Assembly (NCBI GenBank): GCA_036260105.1 | Contig: DATAAN010000123.1 | Coordinates: 1-43,389 of the forward strand | Direction of reading: 5' to 3' | From: Actinomycetota bacterium | GTDB taxonomy: Bacteria; Actinomycetota; CADDZG01; JAHWKV01 | DNA: 43,389 nt | Shown: positions 27,576-36,550 of the stretch, piece after piece | Layout: each line of letters opens with the position of its first letter | How positions within the stretch are numbered: the stretch's first letter is position 1 | Program-made: the position numbers and the translations under genes | Notes under the pieces: model-generated | What the model was told of the DNA's origin: nothing | What the model saw: only the letters and a program-made list of their open reading frames with translations | The model's database searches: none

Positions 27576-27595
27576 AGGCCGTCCCTGGACGGCCT
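27576..27595 (+). terminator. Candidate terminator hairpin after clpX copy 2
   Basis: AGGCCGTC-CCTG-GACGGCCT is an 8-bp GC-rich stem lying 37 nt after the stop. It is followed by CCTCATCT, so there is no real U-tract. Confidence 0.4.
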
Positions 27596-27616
27596 CCTCA
27601 TCTGGCGATCGTCGGT

Positions 27617-28456
27617 GTGGAGGCCGGCCCGGCGCCAGGCGAACGGCTAGTCGTGCTTAAACGACCGTCGAGACTGCCGATCTATCAGGCCGTGAACGGG
27701 GGGGAGCAGCACGAGCACATCCTGAGGCGCGTCCGCGCCTCCGTGGCCGCGCGGCGCTACGACGAAGCAATGCTGGACCTTGCCCTTCTGCCCGAGTCGA
27801 CCGAGGTGCGCAACCTCATGGGCGTCGTGATGCTGAAGCGGCGACGCTACCGGCAGGCCGAGGAGTACCTGCGCCGGGCGGTCGAGCTGGACGCGGCGAA
27901 CGCCGAGGCACTCAACAACCTGGGACTGGCGGTTTCCTACCAGAGGGGCCGGCGCCGCGAGGCGGTCGAGCTGTTCGCTCGGGCCGCGGAGCTCAACCCC
28001 CGAAGTGTTGCGTCGGAGAACCTGCATAAGGCGGCCCGGCACTGGGTGGGCTACGCCGGGCTCTTCGCGTCCTGGGTGATTTTCCGGATGATCCGGACTG
28101 CCTGGATGTCCGGTGACTGGAGCGGGATGTGGAGTCCGTGGGCGGTTGCCGGATGGTCTGCGCTCATCGTCGCAGTGGCGCTTCTGGTCGCTCGGGACCG
28201 ACGCCGGAAGCTGCCGGTCCGTGCGCGAGAGCTGCTGGACGACGTCGCCCGCCGGACCAGGGCGGCCCGGCGCCGGAACGCCGTGTTCGACGGAGCATTG
28301 TTCGTCGGATTCTTCGGCGGCATGTACTGGGCGATCCAGCGCTACGACGCCCTTCAGCAGAGTATGGGACTGCGTGCGCTGATGTTCCTGGCCTGCCTCG
28401 CGGTGGGCCTGACTCTCGGTGCTCTATTCCGGCGGCTTACCGGTTCCCTGGAGTAA
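27617..28456 (+). CDS. TPR-repeat protein with C-terminal transmembrane segments
   Basis: TPR-like repeats (YRQAEEYLRRAVELDAANAEALNNLGLAV..RRREAVELFARAAELNP) are followed by about 4 hydrophobic helices (YAGLFASWVIFRMI, WAVAGWSALIVAVALLV, ALFVGFFGGMYWAI, LMFLACLAVGLTLGALF). The GTG start is uncertain. Confidence 0.65.
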   Translation: MEAGPAPGERLVVLKRPSRLPIYQAVNGGEQHEHILRRVRASVAARRYDEAMLDLALLPESTEVRNLMGVVMLKRRRYRQAEEYLRRAVELDAANAEALNNLGLAVSYQRGRRREAVELFARAAELNPRSVASENLHKAARHWVGYAGLFASWVIFRMIRTAWMSGDWSGMWSPWAVAGWSALIVAVALLVARDRRRKLPVRARELLDDVARRTRAARRRNAVFDGALFVGFFGGMYWAIQRYDALQQSMGLRALMFLACLAVGLTLGALFRRLTGSLE

Positions 28457-28465
28457 CCGGCGAGG

Positions 28466-29026
28466 TCAGGCGGTCGAGATTTCGCCGCCCCTCCAGCTGC
28501 GGATGCGGACAGCCACGATCAGCAGGATCAGCCCAAGAGCGATGGCGTAGGCGCCGATGAGCCAGGTGATGGACAAGGCCCCCGCCCCGGGGAAGACCGC
28601 CATCGCGGCCCCGACGACGATAGACAGCAGGCCCGCCAGTCCCAGCGCCCACTCTCCCGTCATCTCCTTGCGGAACAGAATGGCCGCCGCCACCTCTGCG
28701 ATGCCGGTGAAGATTGCCCACGCCGCGATCAGGTACACGAGCACCAGGGCGGTTATGCCGGGCCAGAGGAAGACTGCGATTCCGGCCAGCACGCCGAGCA
28801 CTCCCCACGCGAGCAGGGGCCAGCGCGTACCCGGCCCCCGGATGGACAGGACGATTGAGAGGATGCCGTCGACCAGAGCGTAGGCGCCGTAGAGGCTTAC
28901 AAGAGCGAGGATCGTGATCTGGGGCCACGCCAGGGCCATGACGCCGAAGACGACCGCGATCGCACCACGGACCGCGAAGATCCACCACTTGCCCGAGACA
29001 GCCTGCACCAGGCTCTGCTCGACCAT
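28466..29026 (-). CDS. hdeD: HdeD-family (DUF308) acid-resistance-type membrane protein
   Basis: Starting at MVEQSLVQAVSGKWWIFAVRGAIAVVFGVMALAWP. It has the repeated DUF308 pattern G.L.I..G...L.WP (WPQITILALV, LWPGITALVLV, VFPGAGALSI) and six predicted TM helices. The rest of the 452-aa listed ORF is an artefact. Confidence 0.8.
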   Translation of the reverse strand: MVEQSLVQAVSGKWWIFAVRGAIAVVFGVMALAWPQITILALVSLYGAYALVDGILSIVLSIRGPGTRWPLLAWGVLGVLAGIAVFLWPGITALVLVYLIAAWAIFTGIAEVAAAILFRKEMTGEWALGLAGLLSIVVGAAMAVFPGAGALSITWLIGAYAIALGLILLIVAVRIRSWRGGEISTA

Positions 29027-29056
29027 TCCGCCGCCTTTCGGGTGCGCCCCATGCCG

Positions 29057-29091
29057 GGAAGGGAAGGATGGAGATATTGTCCTTTCCTTCC
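29057..29091. promoter_or_regulatory. Imperfect inverted repeat in the divergent hdeD/usp control region (candidate operator)
   Basis: GGAAGGGAAGGA-N11-TCCTTTCCTTCC gives 12 paired positions with one G-T. Two further palindromes follow: GAGCCCG-N9-CGGGCTC at 29115-29137 and GGAGCGCGCTCC at 29144-29155. Confidence 0.3.
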
Positions 29092-29197
29092 GCCGGGGGA
29101 TGCAAGGTTCACTCGAGCCCGATTCGTCAGCGGGCTCGTGGGCGGAGCGCGCTCCGGCATGCTGTTTACTTAGGAGAAGAACTACCGAGGAGAGACG

Positions 29198-30073
29198 TTG
29201 CCCACACGGGTCCTGTTTTCGACTAACGGCGCCGAGCCGGCCGCAGCGGCCGGGGCGCTCCTGCGCTCGTTTGCCGACCCGGACAAGGTCGAGGTGACCG
29301 TGAACGTATGCGAGTCGGTCGAGTTCGCCTTTCCCAAGGAGCCGTGGAAATACGGTGGCGAGTGGATTCCCCGGGCGCAGCCTCGACAGGTGGCTGAGGA
29401 CGTCGCAGCCGAGTTTCGTTCCGCCGGCTTTTCCGCCGAGACCGTGGTCGGCCATGGGGTGCCGGCGGCGCAGGTCCTGGAGCAGCTCCATGCGGCCGAG
29501 TACGGCCTGGTCGCACTGGGCGCCGGCAGCACCAGGTGGCTGGACAACGTGCTGCTTGGCAGCACCTCCACCAGGATCCTGCACTCGTCTCCGACCTCGG
29601 TCCTGGTCGTGCACCGGTTCAGTGGCCGGGAGGGCCCGGTCCGGGTGGTCCTCGCGAGCGACGGCTCGGCAGATGCCGCAGTCTCGCTCGAGACCTTCAC
29701 GTCGATCGCCGACGTGAAGAAGACCGCGGTGACCGTGGTGTCGGTCGCGGACGTCGTTCCGAGTGTCAGCCCGCTCGTGCCGGGCGCTCGGCCCCCGTCG
29801 GACGTCGTGGGCTATCTGGAGCAACAGGCGCGGGCCAACGCCGAGGCGGCTGCCCGGATGCTGGCTGATGAAGGGTTCCAGGTGGACGTCGAGACGCCGG
29901 CCGGCGAGCCGGTGTCGGTGTTGCTGCGCCTGTCCAATGAAGCGGACCTGGTGGTCTGCGGCTCCCGGGGGCTTGGAGGTCCGAGCCGGCTGCTGCTGGG
30001 CAGCGTGAGCGATCAGCTCGCCAGGCTGGCTCCGGCTGCGATGGTATGCCGGCGGAGCAGGACCGGGGGCTAG
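29198..30073 (+). CDS. Universal stress protein, tandem USP domains
   Basis: TTG start after GAGGAGAG. It has two UspA-type halves, each ending with the ATP-binding-type motif G-x2-G-x9-G(S/T): GAGSTRWLDNVLLGSTST and GSRGLGGPSRLLLGSVSD. Confidence 0.85.
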   Translation: MPTRVLFSTNGAEPAAAAGALLRSFADPDKVEVTVNVCESVEFAFPKEPWKYGGEWIPRAQPRQVAEDVAAEFRSAGFSAETVVGHGVPAAQVLEQLHAAEYGLVALGAGSTRWLDNVLLGSTSTRILHSSPTSVLVVHRFSGREGPVRVVLASDGSADAAVSLETFTSIADVKKTAVTVVSVADVVPSVSPLVPGARPPSDVVGYLEQQARANAEAAARMLADEGFQVDVETPAGEPVSVLLRLSNEADLVVCGSRGLGGPSRLLLGSVSDQLARLAPAAMVCRRSRTGG

Positions 30074-30083
30074 GACCGGGCGC

Positions 30084-30743
30084 TCAGCCGGTCTCGGCTG
30101 CCGGAACCGAGCAGGACACGCCTGTGCCCTTCAGCCCGCAGTAGCCGTTCGGCACCTTGTACAGGTACTGCTGGTGGTAGTCCTCGGCGTAGTAGAAGGG
30201 TCCGGCGGGGGCGATCTCGGTGGTGACCGGCCCGCGGCCTGCCGCCTCGAGTGCCTCGTTGTAGGACTCCATCGTCGCCTCGGCGAGCTTGCGCTGCTCT
30301 TCGCTGGTGTAGTAGATGGCCGACCTGTACTGCGTGCCCACGTCGTTTCCCTGGCGCATGCCCTGCGTGGGGTTGTGCTCCTCGAAGAAGGTCTTCAGCA
30401 GCTCACCGTACGAGATCTTCGCCGGGTCGTAGACCACCAGGACCGCTTCGGCGTGACCCGTTTTGCCGGAGCACGTTTCGCGGTATGTCGGGTGAGGGGT
30501 GAAGCCGCCGGTGTAGCCGACTGCGGTCGTCCAGACTCCCTCCTTCCGCCAGAACAGGCGCTCCGCGCCCCAGAAGCAGCCGAGGGCGAAGATCGCCGTC
30601 TCCAGGTGCTCGGGAAACGGCGGCTGAAGAGGGTTGTGCAGCACCTCGTGGACTTCGGGGATGGGGTAGAGGTAGTGGTCGCGGCCGGGCAGCGCATCCT
30701 CTGCCGTTACGGGGGCCGTCTTGGTCCGGGATGAAAACAGCAT
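30084..30743 (-). CDS. msrA: Peptide-methionine (S)-S-oxide reductase
   Basis: Catalytic GCFWGAE motif, plus [12 protein letters not shown] and QYRSAIYY, and a C-terminal GYCG. Confidence 0.9.
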   Translation of the reverse strand: MLFSSRTKTAPVTAEDALPGRDHYLYPIPEVHEVLHNPLQPPFPEHLETAIFALGCFWGAERLFWRKEGVWTTAVGYTGGFTPHPTYRETCSGKTGHAEAVLVVYDPAKISYGELLKTFFEEHNPTQGMRQGNDVGTQYRSAIYYTSEEQRKLAEATMESYNEALEAAGRGPVTTEIAPAGPFYYAEDYHQQYLYKVPNGYCGLKGTGVSCSVPAAETG

Positions 30744-30915
30744 CTGTCGCTCCTTGCGCTCCGAGTCCGGTAGCCGGCTGGGAATGTCCGGTGCCTCTCC
30801 AGCTTCGCAGGTTCAACCAGTTAGCGCGTTCGGCGGCGGGCCGTCATGGATCGTGGCAAACGGATCAGCCACGGCGGGAAACCGACAATCAGTGGCTCCG
30901 GTGCATACTGGCCTC

Positions 30916-31425
30916 ATGACCGCTCCTAGTCGGTATCTGCGCGGCCTGGCCATCACTGCCGTTGCCGTAGTGGCGCTCGGGGGATGCGCCAGCGTGCCGC
31001 TCGCCCAGGACGAGTCGACGCCGGAGGAGGCGGCCCGTCCGGCGGGGAGCGCCACCGGTAATCCGGCTCAGCCTTCGTCTCCCCGCGCAGCGGTCCCGCA
31101 GGGGCCAGCCGTCTCCGCGCGTCAGGTGGCTCTGGGGCAGACGTTCCATGTCGGGCTCGGCGAGATGGTAGGCATTGCGGGAGAGGACCTGGTCCTGACC
31201 TTCGTCCAGCTCCTCTCCGACAACCGCTGCCAGCCGGGCGTCCAGTGCATCGTGGCCGGCAACGCTCGCATCGTCGTCTCCGTGGGGACCGACTCGGATC
31301 CTCCAGCCTCGCTGACGTTGAACACGGACCAGCAGCCCAGGACGGGCAAGTACCTGGACCGCACCGTGGAGCTGGTGGGACTGAGCCGCGGAGCAAGCCC
31401 CTCCGCCAGCCTCATCATTCGCTGA
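30916..31425 (+). CDS. Hypothetical lipoprotein
   Basis: Starting at MTAPSRYLRGLAITAVAVVALGGCAS (signal peptide plus LGGC lipobox). A Pro/Ala/Ser-rich linker is followed by a ~100-aa beta-rich domain. I recognise no family. Confidence 0.6.
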   Translation: MTAPSRYLRGLAITAVAVVALGGCASVPLAQDESTPEEAARPAGSATGNPAQPSSPRAAVPQGPAVSARQVALGQTFHVGLGEMVGIAGEDLVLTFVQLLSDNRCQPGVQCIVAGNARIVVSVGTDSDPPASLTLNTDQQPRTGKYLDRTVELVGLSRGASPSASLIIR

Positions 31426-31649
31426 GCGGGGTCGCACGCCCGGCGAAGCGATCAAGCCCGGTTGCTACAATCGCTGGGTAGGGTGTTCTGCTCAGGCGCC
31501 CCGACGAGGAGCCGCCGTAAGCCGCCGGTAGCTCTCCCGACCTTTCATCCTCATAACCGTTGGAGCACCGCATGGCACTTCGAAACAGCCCCCAAACGGG
31601 CCGGCAGAGGAACCCGGCGACGGGCCGGTCCTTCCGCGATCCGGCGGAC

Positions 31650-34286
31650 ATGCCCAAGGTGTACTCACCCGCCGAGGTGGAGCAGCGGCTATACCGGGAT
31701 TGGGAGCGGAGGGGCTATTTCCACGTCGAGCCGGACCCGGAGCGGGAACCGTTCACGATTGTCATCCCTCCGCCGAACGTCACCGGCGCTTTGCACATCG
31801 GCCACGCGCTGGACCACACGCTCCAGGACGTGCTCATCCGCTTCCGCCGGATGCAGGGTTACGTCGCGCTCTGGCTGCCGGGAACCGATCACGCCGGCAT
31901 CGCGACGCAGAACGTCGTCGAGCGGACACTTCGTGAGCAGGGGCTTAGCCGGCACGACCTGGGGCGGGAGCGGTTCGTCGAGCGGGTGTGGGAGTGGAAG
32001 GAGGTCTACGGCAACCGGATCTTTCAGCAGGACCGGCGCCTGGGTGCCTCGCTGGACTGGTCGCGGGAGCGCTTCACCATGGACCCGGGCCTCTCCCGGG
32101 CCGTGCGCAAGGTCTTCGTCGACCTCTACAACGAAGGGCTGATCTACCGCGGCAACCGCATCATCAACTGGTGCCCCCGCTGCGGCACGGCACTCAGCGA
32201 CATCGAGGTCGACCACTCCGACCACGACGGGGTCCTGGAGCAGTTCCGTTACGACTTCGAGGACGGGTCGGGCAGCGTCAGCGTCGCGACTACCCGCCTG
32301 GAGACGATGCTCGGCGACACCGCGGTCGCGGTGAATCCCAAAGACCAGCGTTTCGCCTCGGCCGTCGGCAAGTTTGCGATCCACCCCTTCAGCGGACGGC
32401 GGATCGAGATCGTCGCCGACGAAGCGGTGGACATGGATTTCGGCACCGGTGCAGTGAAGATGACTCCGGCGCACGACCCGACGGACTTCGAGGTCGCCGA
32501 ACGCCACGGCCTCGAAAAGGTCTCCATCATGGACGGCCAGGCCCGCATCAACGAGAACGGGGCGCCATTCACAGGGATGGACCGGTACGAGGCCCGGGAG
32601 GCGGTCCGCAAGGCGCTGCAGGAGAAGGGCCTATACGAGGGTTCCGCGCCGCACCACTACGCGATCGGTCGCTGCAGCCGGTGCAAGACGGTCATCGAGC
32701 CGTGGCTGTCGGAGCAGTGGTTCGTGAGAATGCGCCCACTGGCAGAGCCGGCGATCGCCGCCGTGAAGGACGGCCGCACGAGGTTCCACCCACCTCGGTG
32801 GACCAACTACTACCTGAACTGGCTGGAGAACATCCGCGACTGGACGATCTCGCGCCAGTTGTGGTGGGGGCACCGCATTCCGGTCTTCTACTGCGACAAC
32901 GGGCACCGCTGGGCGGCCCTGGAGGATCCCACCGAGTGTCCGGAGTGTGGCAGCGGCAATATCGAGCAGGATCCGGACGTCCTTGACACCTGGTTCTCCA
33001 GCCAGCTCTGGCCCTTCTCGACCCTGGGGTGGCCGGACAAGACGCCCGATCTCGACTACTTCTACCCGACCTCGGTCCTCGTCACCGGGTACGAGATCAT
33101 CCACCTGTGGGTCGCCCGGATGATGATGGCTGGCTTGAAGTTCATGGGAGACGTGCCGTTCCGGTCCGTGTACATCCACGGAATCGTGCGCGACTCACAG
33201 GGCCGCAAGATGTCGAAGTCGCTCGGCAACGTGATCGACCCGCTGGAGCTGATCGACCAGTACGGCACCGACGCGCTGCGCTTCTCCCTGGTCGAGCACG
33301 CCACCGGCCAGGACATCTTCTTGAGCACCGAGTGGGTCTCCGGCTCCCGCAACTTCGTGAACAAGCTCTGGAACGCAGCCCGCTTCGTTTTGGTCAACAC
33401 GGCGACCGGGCAGGCTGTCGGCGGCATCCCGGACACCGGGAGGCTCGAGCTGAGCGACCGCTGGATCCTGTCGCGGCTCACGTCCACCATCGACGAGGTG
33501 ACCGCCCAGCTGGAGTCATTCGAGCCCGCGGGCGCGGCCCGCCAGGTGTACGAGTTCATCTGGAGCGAGTTCTGCGACTGGTACATCGAGGCCGCGAAGG
33601 TGCGCCTTTCCTCGGAGGACCGCGAGGTTGCGGAGACGGTCCGGGCGGTCCTCGTCAACGTCCTGGAGCAGGCTCTCCGCCTGGCGCACCCGTTCATTCC
33701 CTACGTCACCGAGGAGATCTGGCAGCTGCTTCCCCTCGAGAGGGACAAGGACTCCATCGTCATCTCGGCCTGGCCTTCCCCGGAGGGCGGCCGCCTGGCG
33801 GACCCGGCGGCCGAGGCCAGCTTCGACCGGGTCAAGTCCGTGGTGTCGTCCATCCGCAGCTTCCGCTCCGAGTACCGCATCAACCCTAAGGCCCGCCTGA
33901 CGCCGACCGCGTCGTCCGAGGACCCGGAGGAGCGGCAGGCCCTCGAGCGCGACCGCGTGCTGGTCGGCCGCCTGGCCGGCCTGGACGACCTGCGGGTGAC
34001 CGAGTCACTCGACGGCGCGGCGGGCGCCCGGCTCCTCGCCGGAGGAGTGGAGATCTCGATCCCGTTGGAGGGGCTGGTCGACGTGGCGGCCGAGGGTGAC
34101 CGCATGCGCAAGCAGATCGCCAAGGCGGAGCAGGAAGCAGACAAGATTGCGAAGAAGCTGTCGAACCAGGGCTTCCTCAGCCGGGCCCCCGAAGCGGTTG
34201 TGGCCCAGCAGCGCCGGCGCCTCGACGAGGAGAACGCGACGGTCACAAAGCTGCGGGAGCAGCTGCGCCTGCTGGGCCTGGACTAG
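31650..34286 (+). CDS. valS: Valine--tRNA ligase
   Basis: The N-terminus MPKVYSPAEVEQRLYRDWERRGYF is typical. HIGH motif PPPNVTGALHIGHAL, KMSKS motif GRKMSKSLGN and a C-terminal coiled coil are present. The in-frame upstream ATG 31560 adds an Arg-rich non-conserved extension and was not used. Confidence 0.92.
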   Translation: MPKVYSPAEVEQRLYRDWERRGYFHVEPDPEREPFTIVIPPPNVTGALHIGHALDHTLQDVLIRFRRMQGYVALWLPGTDHAGIATQNVVERTLREQGLSRHDLGRERFVERVWEWKEVYGNRIFQQDRRLGASLDWSRERFTMDPGLSRAVRKVFVDLYNEGLIYRGNRIINWCPRCGTALSDIEVDHSDHDGVLEQFRYDFEDGSGSVSVATTRLETMLGDTAVAVNPKDQRFASAVGKFAIHPFSGRRIEIVADEAVDMDFGTGAVKMTPAHDPTDFEVAERHGLEKVSIMDGQARINENGAPFTGMDRYEAREAVRKALQEKGLYEGSAPHHYAIGRCSRCKTVIEPWLSEQWFVRMRPLAEPAIAAVKDGRTRFHPPRWTNYYLNWLENIRDWTISRQLWWGHRIPVFYCDNGHRWAALEDPTECPECGSGNIEQDPDVLDTWFSSQLWPFSTLGWPDKTPDLDYFYPTSVLVTGYEIIHLWVARMMMAGLKFMGDVPFRSVYIHGIVRDSQGRKMSKSLGNVIDPLELIDQYGTDALRFSLVEHATGQDIFLSTEWVSGSRNFVNKLWNAARFVLVNTATGQAVGGIPDTGRLELSDRWILSRLTSTIDEVTAQLESFEPAGAARQVYEFIWSEFCDWYIEAAKVRLSSEDREVAETVRAVLVNVLEQALRLAHPFIPYVTEEIWQLLPLERDKDSIVISAWPSPEGGRLADPAAEASFDRVKSVVSSIRSFRSEYRINPKARLTPTASSEDPEERQALERDRVLVGRLAGLDDLRVTESLDGAAGARLLAGGVEISIPLEGLVDVAAEGDRMRKQIAKAEQEADKIAKKLSNQGFLSRAPEAVVAQQRRRLDEENATVTKLREQLRLLGLD

Positions 34287-34294
34287 CGTCGCCC

Positions 34295-35608
34295 GTGGGT
34301 CTCAGCTACGCGGAGGCGAAAGCCTTCCTCGAGTTCCGCGGCTTCGGCATAACGCCGGGGCTTCTACGGATCCAGGCGCTCCTCGAGCTGCTCAGCAACC
34401 CCCAGCTGAGCTACCCGACCATTCATCTGGCGGGCACGAACGGCAAGACCTCGACTGCCCGGATGATCACCGCCATCCTGGCCGCCCACGGCCTCAGCAC
34501 CGGGCTGTACACGTCGCCGCACCTGGTCGACGTGGAGGAGCGGTTCGTCCTGGCCGGCTGGGACGGGCGCCTGTCCTGGCAGCAGATGACCGCCGACGAG
34601 CTGGCGGCCACGCTCTCCTACCTGCAGCCCTTCATCGAGCTCGTGGAGAACGACCTGAGCGAGACGATCACCTACTTCGAGCTGACCACGGCGATGGCAT
34701 TCGAGTGGATGTCCGAGCTGTCGGTTGGAGCGGCGGTCATCGAGGCCGGCCTCGGTGGACGATGGGACGCCACCAACCTGGTGCACAGCGCCGTGGCGGT
34801 CCTCACCCCGGTGGACGTCGACCACGCCCGCTTCCTCGGGTCCACGCCCTCGGCAAACGCGGCTGAGAAAGTGGACATCCTCAAGCCCGGCGGAACCGCA
34901 GTGTCGGCAGAGCAGGCGCCGGAGGTGCTGGAGATGTTCCTTCGAAAAGCGGAAAGCGTCGGCGCGCCCGCGGTTGTCCTCGGAAGGGATTTCTTTATCG
35001 ACTCCAACGAGACCGCGGTCGGCGGCCGGTCGGTCGCGGTAAGGACCTCGCGGGCCGCGTACGAAGGCCTGTTCCTCCCACTGCACGGAGCCCATCAGGG
35101 GGCAAACCTGGCGGTGGCGATCGCCGCCGCCGAGGCCTTCCTGGACCGTCCTCTGGACTCCGACGTCCTACAGGGGGCGCTGGCGTCGGTTACCTCGCCG
35201 GGCCGGCTGGAGGTCGTCCGGCGGCAGCCGCTGGTCGTCCTGGACGGCGCGCACAACCCGCACGCCGCAGCCGCCCTCCGCAAGACGATTGCCACCGACT
35301 TCCTCTTCAGCAAGCTGACCATGGTGCTGTCGGTCTTCGAGGACAAGGATGTCTCCGCCGTCCTTGCCGAGCTCGTCCCCTCGGCCGACCGGGTGATCCT
35401 CACCCGCGGGCATAACGAGCGGTTCGCGGCACCCCAGACGTTGGAGGAGAAGTCGCCGCAGATGCCTGGTCAGGACCCCCCGGAGGTGGTGGAGCCGGTC
35501 GAGGCGGCGGTGGACCGGGCGATCGCCATCTCGGCCGAGGACGACATGGTGCTGGTCACGGGCTCCATCCACGCGGTCGGGGAGGCGCGCCGTCACCTGC
35601 TGCGCTAG
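34295..35608 (+). CDS. folC: Bifunctional folylpolyglutamate synthase / dihydrofolate synthase
   Basis: Mur-ligase P-loop HLAGTNGKTSTARM, and LDGAHNPHAA in the C-terminal domain. It follows valS as in other actinobacteria. GTG start. Confidence 0.9.
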   Translation: MGLSYAEAKAFLEFRGFGITPGLLRIQALLELLSNPQLSYPTIHLAGTNGKTSTARMITAILAAHGLSTGLYTSPHLVDVEERFVLAGWDGRLSWQQMTADELAATLSYLQPFIELVENDLSETITYFELTTAMAFEWMSELSVGAAVIEAGLGGRWDATNLVHSAVAVLTPVDVDHARFLGSTPSANAAEKVDILKPGGTAVSAEQAPEVLEMFLRKAESVGAPAVVLGRDFFIDSNETAVGGRSVAVRTSRAAYEGLFLPLHGAHQGANLAVAIAAAEAFLDRPLDSDVLQGALASVTSPGRLEVVRRQPLVVLDGAHNPHAAAALRKTIATDFLFSKLTMVLSVFEDKDVSAVLAELVPSADRVILTRGHNERFAAPQTLEEKSPQMPGQDPPEVVEPVEAAVDRAIAISAEDDMVLVTGSIHAVGEARRHLLR

Positions 35609-35833
35609 CTACTCGTCGTCGCAGCCCCCGGTGTCTATGCCCTGCTCGGCCCGCACCTCGCAGAGTCGCTCCCGTCCTACCTCGTCACGGTTCCGTTCAT
35701 CGACCTTCTGCCTGTTCCAGACGTAGAGCGACACGATCAGGATCGCCGCCACCAGAAATATCAGGGCGTAACGGCGGTTACCGGTCTGCCAAGGAGGCCG
35801 GCCGCCGGATCCCTGAGGCAATCGGGCGACCAT
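35609..35833 (-). CDS. Small hypothetical single-pass membrane protein (74 aa)
   Basis: This is the only ORF of 60 aa or more in the folC-ndk gap. It has one clear TM helix (YALIFLVAAILIVSLYVW), a GAAGGGA Shine-Dalgarno about 9 nt before the ATG, and an acidic Cys-containing tail. I recognise no homology. Confidence 0.45.
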   Translation of the reverse strand: MVARLPQGSGGRPPWQTGNRRYALIFLVAAILIVSLYVWNRQKVDERNRDEVGRERLCEVRAEQGIDTGGCDDE

Positions 35834-35980
35834 CAGCCCATTCCCTTCACCCTCTGACCTTTGCCAATGGCACAGCCGCTCGAAGGGCGGAGCTCGACAA
35901 CACTGGAATGCATGCCGCCATCATCCCAGTTGGGAGCCGCCGGGCAACGATTTCCCGGGGTGCCGACTATCCTTGACGGC

Positions 35981-36421
35981 ATGACCAACGACAACTCAAC
36001 CGAAACCACCCTTGTGCTCGTCAAACCCGACGGCGTCCGGCGGGGCCTGGTGGGTGAGATACTCAGCCGCCTGGAGCGCAAGAAGCTGCAACTGGCGGCG
36101 CTCCAGTTGATCCACGTCGACGAGGACCTGGCCCGGCGGCACTACGAGGCCCACGTCGACAAGCCCTTTTTTCCGGCGCTTCTGAAGTTCATCACCTCCG
36201 GCCCGGTCGTTGCCGCCGCCGTCCGGGGAGAGGGCGCAGTGGGCGTTACGAGAGCGCTGATGGGCGCCACCGACCCCAAGAAGGCGGCACCCGGGACGAT
36301 TCGGGGAGACTTCGGTTTGGAGGTAACGGAGAACCTCGTCCACGGTTCCGACAGCCCCGAGTCCGCCGCCCGAGAGCTTGAGCTGTTTTTTCCCGAGATT
36401 TTTTCGCGCTCTCACGCCTAG
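35981..36421 (+). CDS. ndk: Nucleoside-diphosphate kinase
   Basis: Starting at [32 protein letters not shown]. Active-site [12 protein letters not shown] is present. The listed 40-aa N-terminal extension is not conserved. Confidence 0.9.
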   Translation: MTNDNSTETTLVLVKPDGVRRGLVGEILSRLERKKLQLAALQLIHVDEDLARRHYEAHVDKPFFPALLKFITSGPVVAAAVRGEGAVGVTRALMGATDPKKAAPGTIRGDFGLEVTENLVHGSDSPESAARELELFFPEIFSRSHA

Positions 36422-36550
36422 CAGCCATATCTGGCGATATTGGCCCCTAGCACCCCGCTGAATTAGCCGCATATGCTAACCGCATCCCTGCTAATTCCGG
36501 CGGTTTTGATCGCCTCTCTTTTTGTTTTTAACCAGCTTGGAGTCATCCGA

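Noticed and set aside
31426-31649. Possible T-box or attenuator leader upstream of valS
   Set aside because: The ~225-nt gap has a good -10-like TACAAT (31466-31471). However, it has no T-box consensus (AGGGTGGTACCGCG-like), no specifier-loop architecture and no terminator/antiterminator pair that I can draw. The in-frame upstream ATG 31560 gives a non-conserved Arg-rich extension.
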